Shown piece by piece: positions 51,900-64,000 of a stretch of 64,000 nt of DNA. The DNA comes from Raillietiella orientalis. Taxonomy: Eukaryota. The notes under the pieces are model-generated. The model searched no databases. It saw only the letters and a program-made list of their open reading frames with translations, and was not told the DNA's origin. The stretch is taken from assembly GCA_036172245.1 (NCBI GenBank), contig JAYWIR010000001.1:1302001-1366000 (forward strand), written 5' to 3'. Numbering within the stretch: the first letter of the stretch is position 1; each line of letters begins with the position of its first letter. The translations under genes and the position numbers were made by a program.

Positions 51900-53140
51900 T
51901 GGCGCTTTCCTCGGCCATAAATGATGACTCTGATCTCTTTTCCCTTCCTGGGTATCTGGTTTGTCCTCCTTCCCATTCACAGCTTCCCGGCAGAGAGCGT
52001 GCATGTGTCACTCGCCGCCTGCAGTCCCGCTCTCGTCGGGAATCGATTTCCCAGGTTTCAATGAAGCTCACCTTGAGCTGCATCGGGATGCTTCTTGAAC
52101 CTCCGATGATGAAGCGTTCCCTTCTTCCATTCTGTGGTGCAGGACTGCCTCCTCTTTTCCCGTTTCCACGAAGCACGTGAAGCTACCGACTGGACCCCTT
52201 CGGTCCATCCAGAGATGAACACATCCCTCCAACCAACTGACGAAGGTGTCCTTGGGCACGCCGTGGTCGCTGCGGCGGGAAGCTGACCACGGATCTGGGC
52301 TGACAGCATCACAAGCCTGTCACCTCCCTCGCTCTCGTGCAAGGAAATTGACCTCACCTCCCCGAAAGAGCGTAGCCTATGTGACCTGACCACATCATTC
52401 TGTTTACGCCACCCGAGGGTGTGTTGACTCTTCAAGTCATGGGGGCAACCCCGGAGAAACTACCTTCGAATCCCGGAAGACTCCGGAGGAAAGAGCCTGC
52501 TCCTCTTAAGCTTGGAAGAGAACCCCCAAGGAAGTCACCTCTTCCTTATTCTTCCCTGAGGCCCCTCGGAAGGATCTACTCCTCATTTCTTCTCCAATGG
52601 GAAACCGGAAAGGATATACTCTTGAAATTTCCGCCAAACTGACCGCATCTTGAGGAGACACACTGACGGAGGCGCAAGAGTCATCCAACAGCGCAACAAG
52701 GATTTCCTTGTGACGTCAAAATCACCTGTTGCAGCGAGCCTACTCCTCTGCCTTGACGGCTCCAGATCCGCACGTGCTTTACCGGATGTGCTCAGCAGGT
52801 GTCCTCGTAGACGTGCACTGGTGGTCCTTGCTGTAATGGATACGAAGGCGTCCTTGGGATCTGATTTGCCCCACTGGGAGCAGCCCATGGGAAAACCTCC
52901 CGCCACTTCCCAGGGATGCGGCCTCACTGTGAGATGTTTATAAGGATCCCGAAGACAGCAAGAACCGCGATTTCTGCGACAAGACTGCAAAGAGCACCCA
53001 GGCACCCAAAGCGTTGGAGGGCATCTTAGGGAAAAGTTCCCTCCAGGAGCAGGCAAGGCACACACGGGCGGAAGTTCAGCGAAGAGAGCGCCCGGGCGCT
53101 CAAGCTGGGAATCTCGGACGCGAGTGACTACCCCTCTCAA
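51900..53140 (-). pseudogene. Decayed LINE APE endonuclease region, interrupted by a SINE piece
   Basis: LAATGDFDV (GDFN motif), then WRKQ...SHIGY and SDH beyond the SINE. Alignable by eye to 29400-30000. Confidence 0.6.
52420..52620 (-). mobile_element. SINE 3'-body fragment
   Basis: GGGTGTGTTGACTCTTCAAGT...GAATCCCGGAAGACTCCGGAGG matches the SINE 3' body. Confidence 0.7.
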
Positions 53141-53779
53141 GCCTCCGCTGCAAAGACGCCGTTCGCGCAGCGGGAGACCTCAGACCGGCGTTTCCCGCGA
53201 GCTATTTGTCTCTCGCTGATGAGGCAATTACATCAGGCCTTCAGGATCCACGCTGAGCAGGAAAAAAAACCGTCCATCCCGCAAGTGAATACCACGCGCC
53301 GCCCTGCTTCTTGCGATCAAGGCTTCCAGAAGGGCACAAGATCTGCGGGCGGCCCATACCAAACAGACAGAGGATCACTGCAGGAGACATTTCCATGAGC
53401 AAAGGAAAAGCGAGAGTGACCAGATTTTACCCTCTTGAAGCGTGAACGAACCGACTTCCAGTCCATCTCGAAGATGGAAGCAGCAGACCGACATGGATCA
53501 AGCTTCCAGGATGAAGGCACTGCTAGTGCTAAGGATGCGACAATCCAGTTGAGTGTAAAGTACACTTTTCAAATGAGAAGCAGGTCTCCAGAATGCTTGG
53601 TCACTTGCCTACCAGCTAGAGCCCGCAGATTTCAAAAGACCAGCAACCGCAATAAGACAGTCTCTGCACGTCCGTAGCTAATGTCTTTTCCACTCGATGC
53701 AGAACAGCTTGCAGCTGCTTGCATCCGACCTGAAGCGAAAGAATCTCTGCAAGTATCTTCCTGATGTGAATTGAAGGAT

Positions 53780-54720
53780 GCTGCGTACCTCCTGAGCGCT
53801 CGAAGATCTGGCGGAGATGAAGCGGGGTTTGGAGGAGAGGACGGAAGAAGTCCTTGGGAAGGTCCAGTCTCCACGTCTGGACGTATACCGGAGCCGCGTC
53901 CTCGTGTAGCGGGTGATAAGACAGTCTTGGACCCGCTCGGTCACCGCGTAGAGGAGGAGTCCACGAGCATCAGGATGAGGAAACTCAGTCGCCGCATAGC
54001 CAGTATGGTCGTCCGCTCCGTGCTTTCCAAAGAGCTCAGGAGGAAGCGCTTCGCGGAGGAAACCGAGGTCGATCTCAAGACTTTGCAGCGACAATCGAAG
54101 AAGCAACAAGCTCAAGATGCCTTGGATCCAGCGACTGCAAAGCTGGAAGAAGAGCAAAAGCAGAAGCTGGAAGAAGTGCTGTCCCCGTCCATGGTTAGCT
54201 GAGATGGAGAGCAGGCCTGGAGAAGGGTGAGGGAAACTCAGAGGTAGGAACTGGGCCGTCACGCCAAGCCGTTGAAAAGCAGGAGTCCTGAGGAACAACC
54301 TTCTAGAAACAGAGAAGACGATGTCGAATCTGGAAGCCTCCCTCAATCCTTTGATCTGGAAAACCAAACGAAGTGGAACAGTCAAGCGAAGGTACTGTGG
54401 AGGTAGTCCTATGCATCCAAAGAGGAACGCGCGGCTGCTGCAAGCTGCTGGAAGCAACAGAAGCGAAATTTCCGACCGCCTCGCCGAGCGGCTGCCGAAG
54501 GAGCCCAGGTGCGCCGCCAGGGAAAAGGAGCGACGAGACCTCGCGGATGGACACCCCACCGAATCCCACCTCGAGGAGGCCGGCAGGAGGATACCGCCGA
54601 GGAGAAGGAAGGCCTTTCCGGAGAGCTCCTGTCGGCCGAGGGCTGTCTCTGCCGGTGCCCTGCCTCAACGAGGGGACGAGCAGCCGGAAGAGCACACGAA
54701 GGCGGGTACCCCCGCAAGGC
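53780..54720 (+). pseudogene. Decayed LINE ORF2 linker and RT start
   Basis: Coiled coil (SKELRRKRFAEETEVDL...KLEEVL), then LAERLPKE...ERRDL...RRRKA, paralleling LLPEG...QRRNL...KRRKAPG at 27268..27816. Confidence 0.55.
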
Positions 54721-56234
54721 AACGGCCTGCAGTCTGTGTGACCTGCGGCGGCTGCTGAGGGCAAGAACAAAGCACGCAGAGCTCTCCGGTCGCCCGGCTC
54801 CATAAAAAAGAAGGAAAAATAGCAAGGCGTGAGGGATTCGGTGGCAGCAGCCGGCTTCAAAGCAGATTCCAAATTAAGAATAAAGAAAACCACAAGCAGC
54901 GATCACAGCATCTGCTCCTTACTCTTTCGCCTCTCATCACCGATCGCGATGCTCGAAGAAAACAAAGAAATGCCACGGCTCCGGATGTCACACGTGGACG
55001 CCGTCGTGTGTTCTCATACGTACCCTTCAGGCAGGCACAGTTGGCCAGCAGCACGAGAGGAGAGAGGGTCGACACTTTGTCACTCTGAAGGACCGCAAGT
55101 GTGAGTGGCAGCAGCGGTAGGTGCTAAAGGGAATCTTGGCGAAGACCGTTCCAAACAGCACGCAGCACAGCAAAGGCAAGCCGCGTCTGCGAGATAATGG
55201 AGCTCTCTGGAAATGCCGGGAGTCCCCATTGCGATTCCTGGCCCTTTTTCCCACTTTAGTAATGTAGCAAATGCACGAAAACGCACACTGCTTGAGGGTC
55301 CCGGCCATCTCGCAGCGCCAACTCCACCCAGAAAGACACCCGCAGCAGTGTCGCTGCCTCGGAGGAAGTGCAACGCGGAGGTCAACTCAATGAACGTTTC
55401 GTAGATTTCGAAATTAATGGTCCGAGCCAGCATACCTGCGTTGCCCCTGAGAAGCATCTTCAAATTAAGAGCTGAGGATGCTCATTGAGAGAAGAATGCA
55501 TTTAGGTGGTAGCAGAACAACAGCATCGTTAATTCGATTGGAAGATTCCATGACACGCGATGACCGAGGCATGTGGCCAGTCCAGGGCTGCTGTTTGACG
55601 ACATGGCTAAAATCTGTCCCGATGAATCCTGAGCCAAAGCAATCTTCCCGGAAACATTACGTATCCTGGGAGCGCTGACGGTTTCAGACCGCGATTTTCT
55701 GAGACTGTGGAAGACTTTAGCAAGGCGCAGTTCCTGAAAGAGGCGAATATTGATGAAAATTGGAGAGGGAAATTGCGTTGGAGGTTTGACGAAGACCTCA
55801 TTGTGGTCGGTGAATCAGTTCTTGATAATATAGAGTTGCAAAAAGGTAAAATGATATGAAAACGTGTTTTCCCTTCTCATCGTACACGAGCACGCGGAAC
55901 AAAGTGAATGTGTGCTTCGAACGAAATAACGTACTCTATGAAAAGTGTTTTCGCAACGCTTGGCATGAGCACCTTATTGCGTGCTGGAAGGCAAAGCAGA
56001 TTGTGACTTTGTTCGTGATGTACGAGATGGAACGATGGAATACTGTACATCATACGCACATTCACGAATTTCGTACAGGTCTATGTAAGGAACGAAAGAA
56101 CAGCTAAGTGATGCTGTTTATGAGACCTCGTTAATTTCTAAAATGGGGTATGGAACGGAAGCTCAGCAAAATTCACACCTACGAGGGTTAAATCTTAGAA
56201 TGAGATAGAATTGGAATCCGCATCAGAATTGGGT

Positions 56235-56545
56235 TTCTTTTCGAATCAGGTTTCTTCAAATTGTAAAAGAGTTTGGCTATTGGTGGTCTCCGAAAGATGT
56301 CGATTCAAATCAGGATGCTGGGTTTCCTGGATTGTTTACCCGGGACTATTCACCAGTAGAGTAGAATGTACTAGATTCAGATTTCTTAGTGTTCTTTTTC
56401 AATTAGATTTTCAAGGTTTCTTGAGATTGTGGAAGACTCTAGCAAGTCGCGGTCACCGAAAGCTGCAGATTAAAATTTGGATGTCGGGTTTCTCAGATTT
56501 CTAACCCGGAATCATTCATCAGTAAAATAGAATGTATTGGAATGC
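56235..56545. repeat. Diverged tandem duplication, period about 166 bp
   Basis: GGTC(T/A)CCGAAAG at 56285 and 56451; ACCCGG...ATTCA(C/T)CAGTA...TAGAATGTA at 56338 and 56504. Confidence 0.75.
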
Positions 56546-58199
56546 GTATCATTAGAATACGAGGAGAGTCTCGAAAGCACGGAAACCGAGCTGCGATTGT
56601 CTCAGAACGAAATGGAATGCACGCATCATGGGAACGAGTTATCCCGAAAGCCTTTCGAGTTTTCATGGTGAAGTCCTGTTGCTCTTCGAAGATGTGCAGG
56701 AATTTCCCACGCGGGGAGAGGAGGAGTTTTCGCTGCTAAGCGATCTCGTTGAGCCATTGGGATGTCTGTCGATCAGGAGTACGGGTCGAAGAAGGAAGCA
56801 CATTCGAAGATCGAAGCGGTCTTTTTTGGAGGAAGATGGAGTCTTGCATTCGTGGTTCCCATCTTGGAATGGTCGGAACTCTTGGTTGCGGAGTCAACGT
56901 GTTCCTTCCGCAGATGCGCCATTTTCCCAGTGCATGTGAGTTTCCTCGTGAGACGGAAGGCAAAAAATTCGGGGGTGACGCTCACTGACAACCGCCGTTG
57001 TTGTTTCCATACTTCCAGTTGCTCATCTGAAACCCTAAAGCCATCTGAGCGGGAAAACCTCGGATCCGGTCTTCGTGGAAGCATCAACAGTAATGACAAT
57101 GATGACAAATCGGAACCACGGGGGAAAAATCAAAAAAAAAGTTTCCCTTGGAAGGAAAAGGGGGAAAGGTAAAACATCGAAGGATCGCTTCGGCAAAAAT
57201 TGCGAAAACGAAAAAACCTCCTGGATCATGCGCCGTTCCGGGATGCGAATGCCGGTCTGTTGATGCTGACCTCAGTGGTCGCTCACCGAAACGATCACTT
57301 TGTCCGAGCAGCCACGCGAACTTAGCCAGGGTCGAATTTGCAAAGGTCTGACCGCATGTTCCGGAGGCGACGTGCTTCAGGCAGGTCCGTGCAAAATCTC
57401 CCGCCATCCGAAAGAGATCCCGCTCTCCGAGCCGTCCTGATGAAATGCCGAAACGGAATCCCGGTCACACATTCCCTCCAGGGCAGCGTGGAGAATGATT
57501 CCCGCCAGCCGATTTCGACTCCTTTATCCCTCTGAAAGGCTTACGAGGGCTGACCCTTTCTGTTTGATAGACTCTGAGCAAAGATATTTCAACGAAAAAA
57601 TCTGCCATCTTCTGGGAGAGTTTGAGAGTAAACATTCGGTGAAGCTAATGGCAACCACATGGATTTCGTTCCAAGCAATACTCGTCAGCATATGCCTGGT
57701 AACCGGATATGCCTGTCGTTGGCTGCAGTCGCAAAAAAAATACGAAGTGCGAAGAAAGAAATTGGGTGCAAAACTTCTTAACTCTATAATTCCTCTTTGA
57801 CACACACACACATACACACACAAAATCCTCATTGTATCCTTGCATTTTGATTGTGCAGGTTTCAGCGCATTTCGATGGGGAAGGAGAATTTCTCGACCTT
57901 CCCAGTTCTCCTTTCCCTTGGAACCGTCATCGAATCACCAATAGCAAAAGTTCCTCTGCCCTGACGTGATCCTTCCATAAACGAATTCCTCGGATGCTGT
58001 TAATTCGAGGTGCCGTCGCAAACCCTTGCCGTTATTATCGTGGTGACACAAACATCCGCATGAAAGGAAACTCGAAGGTGGTACAGCTTCGCTCCTTCGC
58101 TTCCCAAAACGTCTTGCAGACAATTAGAAAGCGATCCTCACTTCCGTTTTCGATGATGGAAAATGGCACTCCCTGCAAATGGTCGGAAGGAAGCGCGCC

Positions 58200-58835
58200 G
58201 TCCAACAAGAGATGCGCCACGGAACTGGAGGTGGCAGATGCTCTCACCGTCGCGCTAAGACTTCCACCAAGGGAAACCTTCCAGCACCCAGCACACACAT
58301 ACAAAAAGAAAAACCCAGTTCGCAAAGCATTTCGCGAGCCCATCCTCCAGCAAAGACGGCACCCAACCGCTGCAGTTCCCCACAACCGACCTCACCCCTC
58401 CTCCCACACCACGCACTTTGCCAGCAGCTCTGCGCTGCTGCCTCCGCCGGCTTGTAGCTGCCTCGAGCGACAAGAGTGCCGTCCACTTCGCCGCCCGCGC
58501 CAGGACGATGGCAACGACGTGGCCCCATCTGGAAAACAACAACCAGCAAGAAGACCTTGCCGGCATATCCGCCAAACGATGCAGACGACCGCCCCCAGCA
58601 GAACGTGACCTCTGACCGCATCCCACCCCTCCCCAAATTGCTTTCATTTTTATCCTCTGCTTTTTCTTTTTTTCTCTTTCCTGGTCCTTCCCTCCCTCTG
58701 CTGCCGTGGTGGACCTCACCGGTCTGCGAACCGGTAACGCGGGCGGATCGCAGCTCAAAAAGACGTGGTTCGACCACCGCTCCAACCACAAAGATTGCAC
58801 ATGTCTTATGTAGGAAATAAGCGCTTCGCACTCGC
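58200..58835 (+). mobile_element. Family-1 LINE 3' fragment (a further decayed antisense piece probably follows at 58840-59200)
   Basis: GTGGCCCCATCTGGAAA block, T-rich UTR, GCCGTGGTGGACCTCACCGGTCTGCGAACCGGT, and AATAAGCG at ~58816. Confidence 0.75.
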
Positions 58836-59449
58836 AACCAATCCTGGCTCCCACCCGGAACGGGTTTGCAGGAATCGACCCCCACCCTTTGGTGGCTGCA
58901 ATGAAGCTTACCGTCGTCCCACCGATGCGGAAGAGTGGACTTTCCTGCCGACTCGACTCGCCCGTTCCGTATTCGTTGCAGCGTTCCTCTCGGAGCGCAT
59001 CTGCGCCGTGCGCGCAACCTCCCCCGCGAAAACTCGCACGCCAGCCACCGCGCCTCGAACCCTCCTCCCAGGAGCCAATCAGTCCCCACGCGCAAATGGC
59101 AACGCCGAGGAAACTGGTCAGGCTCTCTCCCCCTCCCCCACGTTGCCCTCCGCGCTCGCGACTCCGCTCCCCGCTCGGTACCGACGCGCAGAGCAGCACT
59201 TGCTAATCACCAAACATCTGGCAGCCCGTCCCATCGAAACTCGGCGCCTGCCGAGGTCGCTTCCCATTCGGGACTCCCAACGGATCGCGGCGAAGCCTTC
59301 CCGTGTGCGAAAGTGGAAGAGGATATTCTGGTTCACTTGGAAGTGTCTTTTCCTGCGAAGCAAGTGGTCCGTGGTTCCATACAAAGGATCCCCGAGGGCG
59401 CCAGAGCTGCTTGTCATCCCATTCTTGTTTCTTATGCTTCTTTCGAGCA

Positions 59450-62400
59450 GGAAACCATAGGAAGCACTTCTTATTCTAAGCATTCCGTTCGCTCTGGACC
59501 TGCGAAAGAACGAGCACCTTTTCTCTGACATGCCAAGGAGGTATCAGCTTGGATTCTTTAAGAAAATCGGCACGATCGAATCGGGAGCTGTTCGTATGAT
59601 GATGTGCTTGTTCCTCCTTCCTCAGAAGTCGTTTTCAGAATGTGAGGATTCAGCCAGACTTGCCAAATCTTGATCCAGATGAAGTATCTGATGTGCATCC
59701 ATTAAGGATCTTGGAATGATTTTTCTTCCGTCCGAGTCGGATGCAGATCTCTCTTGTATGGGATTCCAGGTCCCCTGAATGGAGGGTGCATTTCGGATTC
59801 CTTCATCGTGGTCCATGATGTTCCGTAATGCCCTTTTTGGATGTTTTTTTCTTGTTCAGTTTGCAAGATTTCTCTTCGAGAAAAGAGTTCTGAGAGCAAG
59901 TGAGCTCCAACAGTGAATGTCTGCCACCTCCAGTACCGTGATGCATGTTTTGCATCTTCCAATGATCGAAAATGGCTCTCTGTGCAACTGTCCAGACAGA
60001 ATGTCATGCAAGAGGTGCAGCACCGTACCCGAAAAGCCCAGGGTTGCTTTCTAATTGCCCGCAAGACGTTCTGGCAAGCGAAGAAACGAAATCATGCCAC
60101 TTTCGAGTTTCAGCTGGTGAGGGCGTCTGTGCCACCGCGATGGTGACCGCATTCGTTTGAGACAGCACCCCGAGTTAATGGCATTCGAGGAATTAGTACA
60201 GAAGAAACTCTATGCAACTGTTCCTATGGCGACTGAGGATGTCCAAGTGAAATGGCAATGATAAATAGGTGACCTTATCGTTGTTGAATGAATCTGATGC
60301 AAGAGCAGCCTTTGCATAAGAGAAGCAATTATTCAGGTGCGAAAGGAAAGAAGACTGCTAAATACCCGCGATGTGCAAGTAAAAGACTGCGTGTTCTTGC
60401 GACCCCTGTGCACGACAACTCCGTTTCTCTTCCCGACAGACCGACTGCTGTTCAAGGCCAGGCGATTCCGTGTTCAGAAACATGCATTGGAGATAGGGCA
60501 CAGGTAAAGAAAAGCTCCAGAAATTTTCCAAGGTGGAATTAGCATCATCTCCCTAAACCCTCAAAGATGAACCGTTTGTATGTACCTCCATTGGAGCAAC
60601 AGGAATAAGTTCCCCAAATTCCATGCAGGAGAGGCTGCATCCGCGCTTCATGATTTCCCCTTCAAATAGGATGTGGCAGCCGTATGGCACGGAAGGCCTT
60701 ACTGGGAAATGTGCTCATCTCTTGGGATAAATCCAGGGGGAAACAAAGGGGCGAACCGTCTGACGTCGGCTCGAGCTGCTTCCGCAAGCACCGAGCAGTT
60801 CTGCAGGAGATGGAGAGATAGGAAGTGATTCCTTCGAGGTCCAGAAAAGCACGAATGTGGTGGGCCCCAGCGAACCAGTGCGGTAGGGTGACAAGAATTC
60901 CGAGACTCATATGCTCGTGGAAGAATCAGATGGATTTTCGGACATCCTCTCGTAAGAGTAGGGAAAAGGAGGGAATGCTCGGTTTGCATAATGCACCAAA
61001 GAGCCATTGAAAACGCAAGAAGCGGACCCGAGAGTCTCCTAATCCAAAGAACAGAAAGATGTCCGAGTTGGCGTCTGTGTGAGCGCTGTCTTCGCTCGTG
61101 GTGCAGAACGTTACAGGTTCGAATCCCACCTAGGGAAGGGTCGACGCTGTCGTGAGTTTCGAGTCCTCCCCGTAGGGCGACTCTGGTTGGCCTATGGGGG
61201 TACGGAGGTCGTGGAAGCTGAAACCCGGATGCCTCCATTGGCTGGACGGGATCGCAAGTCGACCCTGTAGGGGTCCTTCCAGGAATCAACCAGAGAGAGG
61301 GTTCCCTTCGGGATTCCTTCTCAGGCGTAGAAGGAACGGACTCTTTCTGGAGCCTTCCTGGATTCATAGGGTAGCTCCTGTGGGGCTGTTTTCTGACTTG
61401 AAGTCACATGCTTTCTCGGGTGGCGTGGATGATGTTTCAAGGAGCTCCGTAGGCCCCTAGACGAACAGCTATCGGGTACTTAGAGAACCAGAAAAAAAAA
61501 AGAACAGCAGAGATGGCCATCCAGAAGACCTATAGCAAGTTGAAAGTTGGGATGCAGACATCCTGGAGTCCTGAAACGAAAGGATGTGGCCATCATCGGA
61601 AAGGGTCCGAAAATCGCTTTCCGCCCCTTATTTTGTGTCGATGGAAAACATGGAGAAACTCAAATAGTGCGGGAACCCTCGCAAAGAGCTCAGTATCTTC
61701 CAAGCAACTTTCTCGGAGAAGTTCCAGGATAACCAGTCACCCCTTGAGCAGCAGAAAAAGTTCCATGAGGTATCGCGACCCAATTGAAGAACCTCAGGAG
61801 GAGGTCCACGACGGTCGGATAAAAGACGCTGCTTCTTCCTCCTCCCCGCGAGTGGGTCACCGTTCATCAGATGTTCTCGAGATCCTTGCAGCTTGAACGC
61901 CTGAGGTCCCCCTGAAGCAGAATCACCAGAAGATTTTCAAGCAGCGGAGAGCATTCCAGCTATCCCAGCTGACACGTGGGTTCTTTGGCTGAACCCACTG
62001 CTTGCAAGTAGATCTCTTTCCAATCCCACATTCCGATCTCAGGCGATGAATTCATCAAGGGCAAACATCCTCAGGGAGAGGAAATGTAACCTGGTTTCCC
62101 CATAAATAAGAAGCGCTGCCATATGTACTGATATTCAAATACATCAGGGGACTTCTCTCGTGAATAATTGCAGAAAATCTTTTGCCAATGCCTATTAGCA
62201 TAAAGAAACTGTTCTGGATTGCATTGCTCTTGACAGCCGAAGAGTGGAAGAGGAACGAAAGAGGCCTGATTTATGGTGATTCGAACAAGAATTTCTCCGA
62301 ATGCTTATTCCATCTAATTTCCATAGTCTTCGAGCATCCACCTGGCTGCAGGCCTCCCACTAATGGATGTCTCCGGCTTTCAAAAGGCAACCCACGATCG

Positions 62401-62900
62401 AGTCCGTTGAGAAAAGAACGGTTCCGTCTAAAAATAAGATCACGCTGCGTAAGGAGGAGATGAAATTTTTCACCTTTCTTTTTTTTTTTTTTTCCCTCCT
62501 CCTCCTCCTCCTCTCTGGAAAATGTTTCATGAGCAAGCAGAGAACAATTTAGAGTGTCATTTTTTTGCCTCTCTGACTGCATCTAATGATTAAGGAATTA
62601 TTTAGGAGGAAGATTGGCTTGTATCCGACCATCACATGGAGAAAATGCATCGTGGACAATGCTGCGTGGATGATTTAGGGAGCACCTCCTTTCCAAAGAT
62701 TTCTCAGATGAGTCGTCGGCCTTGCCTGCTGCTTGACGAACTCTTGCAGAACGATGAACTGAACCTGGGTGTTGCTGTTTCATTCTGTCAAGCACCCTCA
62801 GTTCCCTAACCGCACCTTTGATGACCTTCCACACAAGGTGCAAACATCCTGTGTTCAAGCACAACCATGGTGTCTCACTTTCATCGCCCAGGAGCATCTT
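59450..62900 (+). CDS. Putative intron-rich gene segment, product unknown
   Basis: Phase-0 introns 60015-60065 and 60117-60165 join QNVMQE|TFWQAKKRNHATFEFQL|HPELMAFEELVQKKLYATVPMATEDVQ. Also PSSSAGDGEIGSDSFE|GDKNSETHMLVEESDGFSDIL|gtaag before a SINE-bearing intron. Confidence 0.5.
61065..61501 (+). mobile_element. Short full-length SINE variant
   Basis: B-box GGTTCGAATCC (61116-61126), second box at 61155-61166, few hairpin units, and an A tail ending at 61501. Confidence 0.85.
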
Positions 62901-62925
62901 GGCATAGTCGCTGAGTTGTCAAGGA

Positions 62926-63735
62926 TTTTTTTTTTTTTTGGTTTTCCAAGTGCTGAAGCTTCGCCTCCTTGGGGGGGCGCTCACGAAACTCTTCGACACG
63001 GTTCACGCTAGCTGAGGGTGCGTGTAACTCTCCAAGTTGCAGGGGGACGCCCTATGAATCCAGGAAGTCTCAGGAAGGAGCCCGTTCCTCCCATGCTGGG
63101 AAGGCAGCCCCGAAGAGAACCCTCGCCCTGGTTGTCTCCCAAAAGAATCCCCAAGGAACCTCTTCCTTCTTCTCTCCAGAGGGATGGATGTGGTCCCTCT
63201 GAGGGGGCCACTTCTTTTCTTCTTCTGAAAGAACCTGGAAAGGATGAGCTCCTGGAATTTCTTCTCCAGAGGACATATGCAAGGGGATCGCTCTTGGTTT
63301 CCTTCCATGAAGAGAACCCCGAAGGGATACTTTCCAATTTCTCTGAAGGGGGCGCTCTCTGAAGGGAGCAGCTTGCTCCTTGCACTCTGGAGAGGCAACT
63401 GCCCGAGGGAAATACCAACCAGCTCCATGGTACGGCTCCATCCTCACAACCGGTGGGAAACCCCAAAGGAAACCGTCTCCTTGATGTCCTTGTCCTCAAA
63501 GGGATCCCGGAGGGTCGACTTCCGATCCCGGCCACTCATCAGGGCATCGGTTTCCAGATTCCACCAGTGCCGCACCCGAATCCCCTAAGGCCAACCAGCG
63601 TCGTCTTGCGGGAGGAACTCGAACCCGCGGCACACCTATTTCTCTGGCGTGATCCTTTTCCGGGCAGGATTCGAGCCCGCGACGCCTGGTACAGAGCGCA
63701 GGGACCGCAGCCGCACAGCCGCCAGCGCTAGTTAC
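62926..63735 (-). mobile_element. Longest SINE copy (about 810 bp)
   Basis: Head GCTGGCGGCTGTGCGG...GGGCTCGAATCC (63677-63667), second box GGTTCGAGTTCC (63625-63614), full hairpin array, and A14 tail. Confidence 0.88.
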
Positions 63736-64000
63736 TGAGCATTTGCGATGCAAATCGGAAAATCATCTTTAAACCCTTCTCCACAGAGCATGGGGGCACA
63801 TGGAAAAAGGAGGAAGACTCACCCGATGTTCGATGGATGCTGATTCTGTGAAGTCCCCAAGGCTGTCTCCCCGATAGCAGCCTGAGTGGAACACAAAGTC
63901 TGATGGACTCTGGGACTTCGTTTCCAAAAATCATTCAAAGAAGAGGGGCAATCCACAAAAGAGCAGTGGTCGTCTGCATTTCTCTCATTTTTACTTCCCC

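Noticed and set aside
53678..54559. 293-aa hydrophobic minus-strand ORF
   Set aside because: Antisense shadow of the plus-strand coiled-coil LINE linker.
57148..57351. THAP or zinc-finger-like CAVPGC
   Set aside because: Downstream FP, W and CxxHF motifs are missing.
57431..57456. Hammerhead-like CCGTC-CTGATGA-aatgcc-GAAACGG
   Set aside because: No room for stem I and stem II cannot pair; probably chance.
57799..57822. (CA)n tract and the many A/T homopolymers in the window
   Set aside because: Ordinary microsatellites or retroelement tails.
58244..59528. Long overlapping ORFs (up to 314 aa)
   Set aside because: They lie over GC-rich decayed LINE pieces, have no domain motifs, and are open in several frames.
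63515..63545. CTGATGA in the SINE as a hammerhead core
   Set aside because: Other copies read CCGTTGA or CCGATGA, and GAAA is missing.

Overview
This looks like eukaryotic (probably protist or algal) genomic DNA. I found no prokaryotic operons, CRISPR array, rRNA or intact tRNA. A large part of the window is a nested set of decayed retroelements. (1) There are at least 15 fragments of APE-type non-LTR retrotransposons (L1/Tx1-like), recognisable from endonuclease motifs (WNVNG, QE, YAP, DFN, SDH), RT motifs (KAPG, WRPI, KAFD, RQG, YADD, KYLG) and a C-terminal CxxC...H...C zinc knuckle. The main family ends in AATAAA + a small hairpin + only 2-3 A, with no poly(A) tail. (2) There are eight pieces of a 0.45-0.8 kb tRNA-headed, poly(A)-tailed SINE with two B-box-like motifs and an internal array of hairpin subrepeats. 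(3) There are one pogo/Tigger-like MITE and one piggyBac-like MITE. The unique sequence between repeats appears to hold very intron-dense genes (exons about 20-110 nt, introns about 30-100 nt). I could assemble these only partly and cannot name their products. Most ORFs in the supplied track are spurious or frameshifted TE remnants. Repeat boundaries are approximate unless a TSD or TIR is quoted. I found no clear new protein-based system; the best novelty candidates are the structured SINE and the tail-less LINE terminus.
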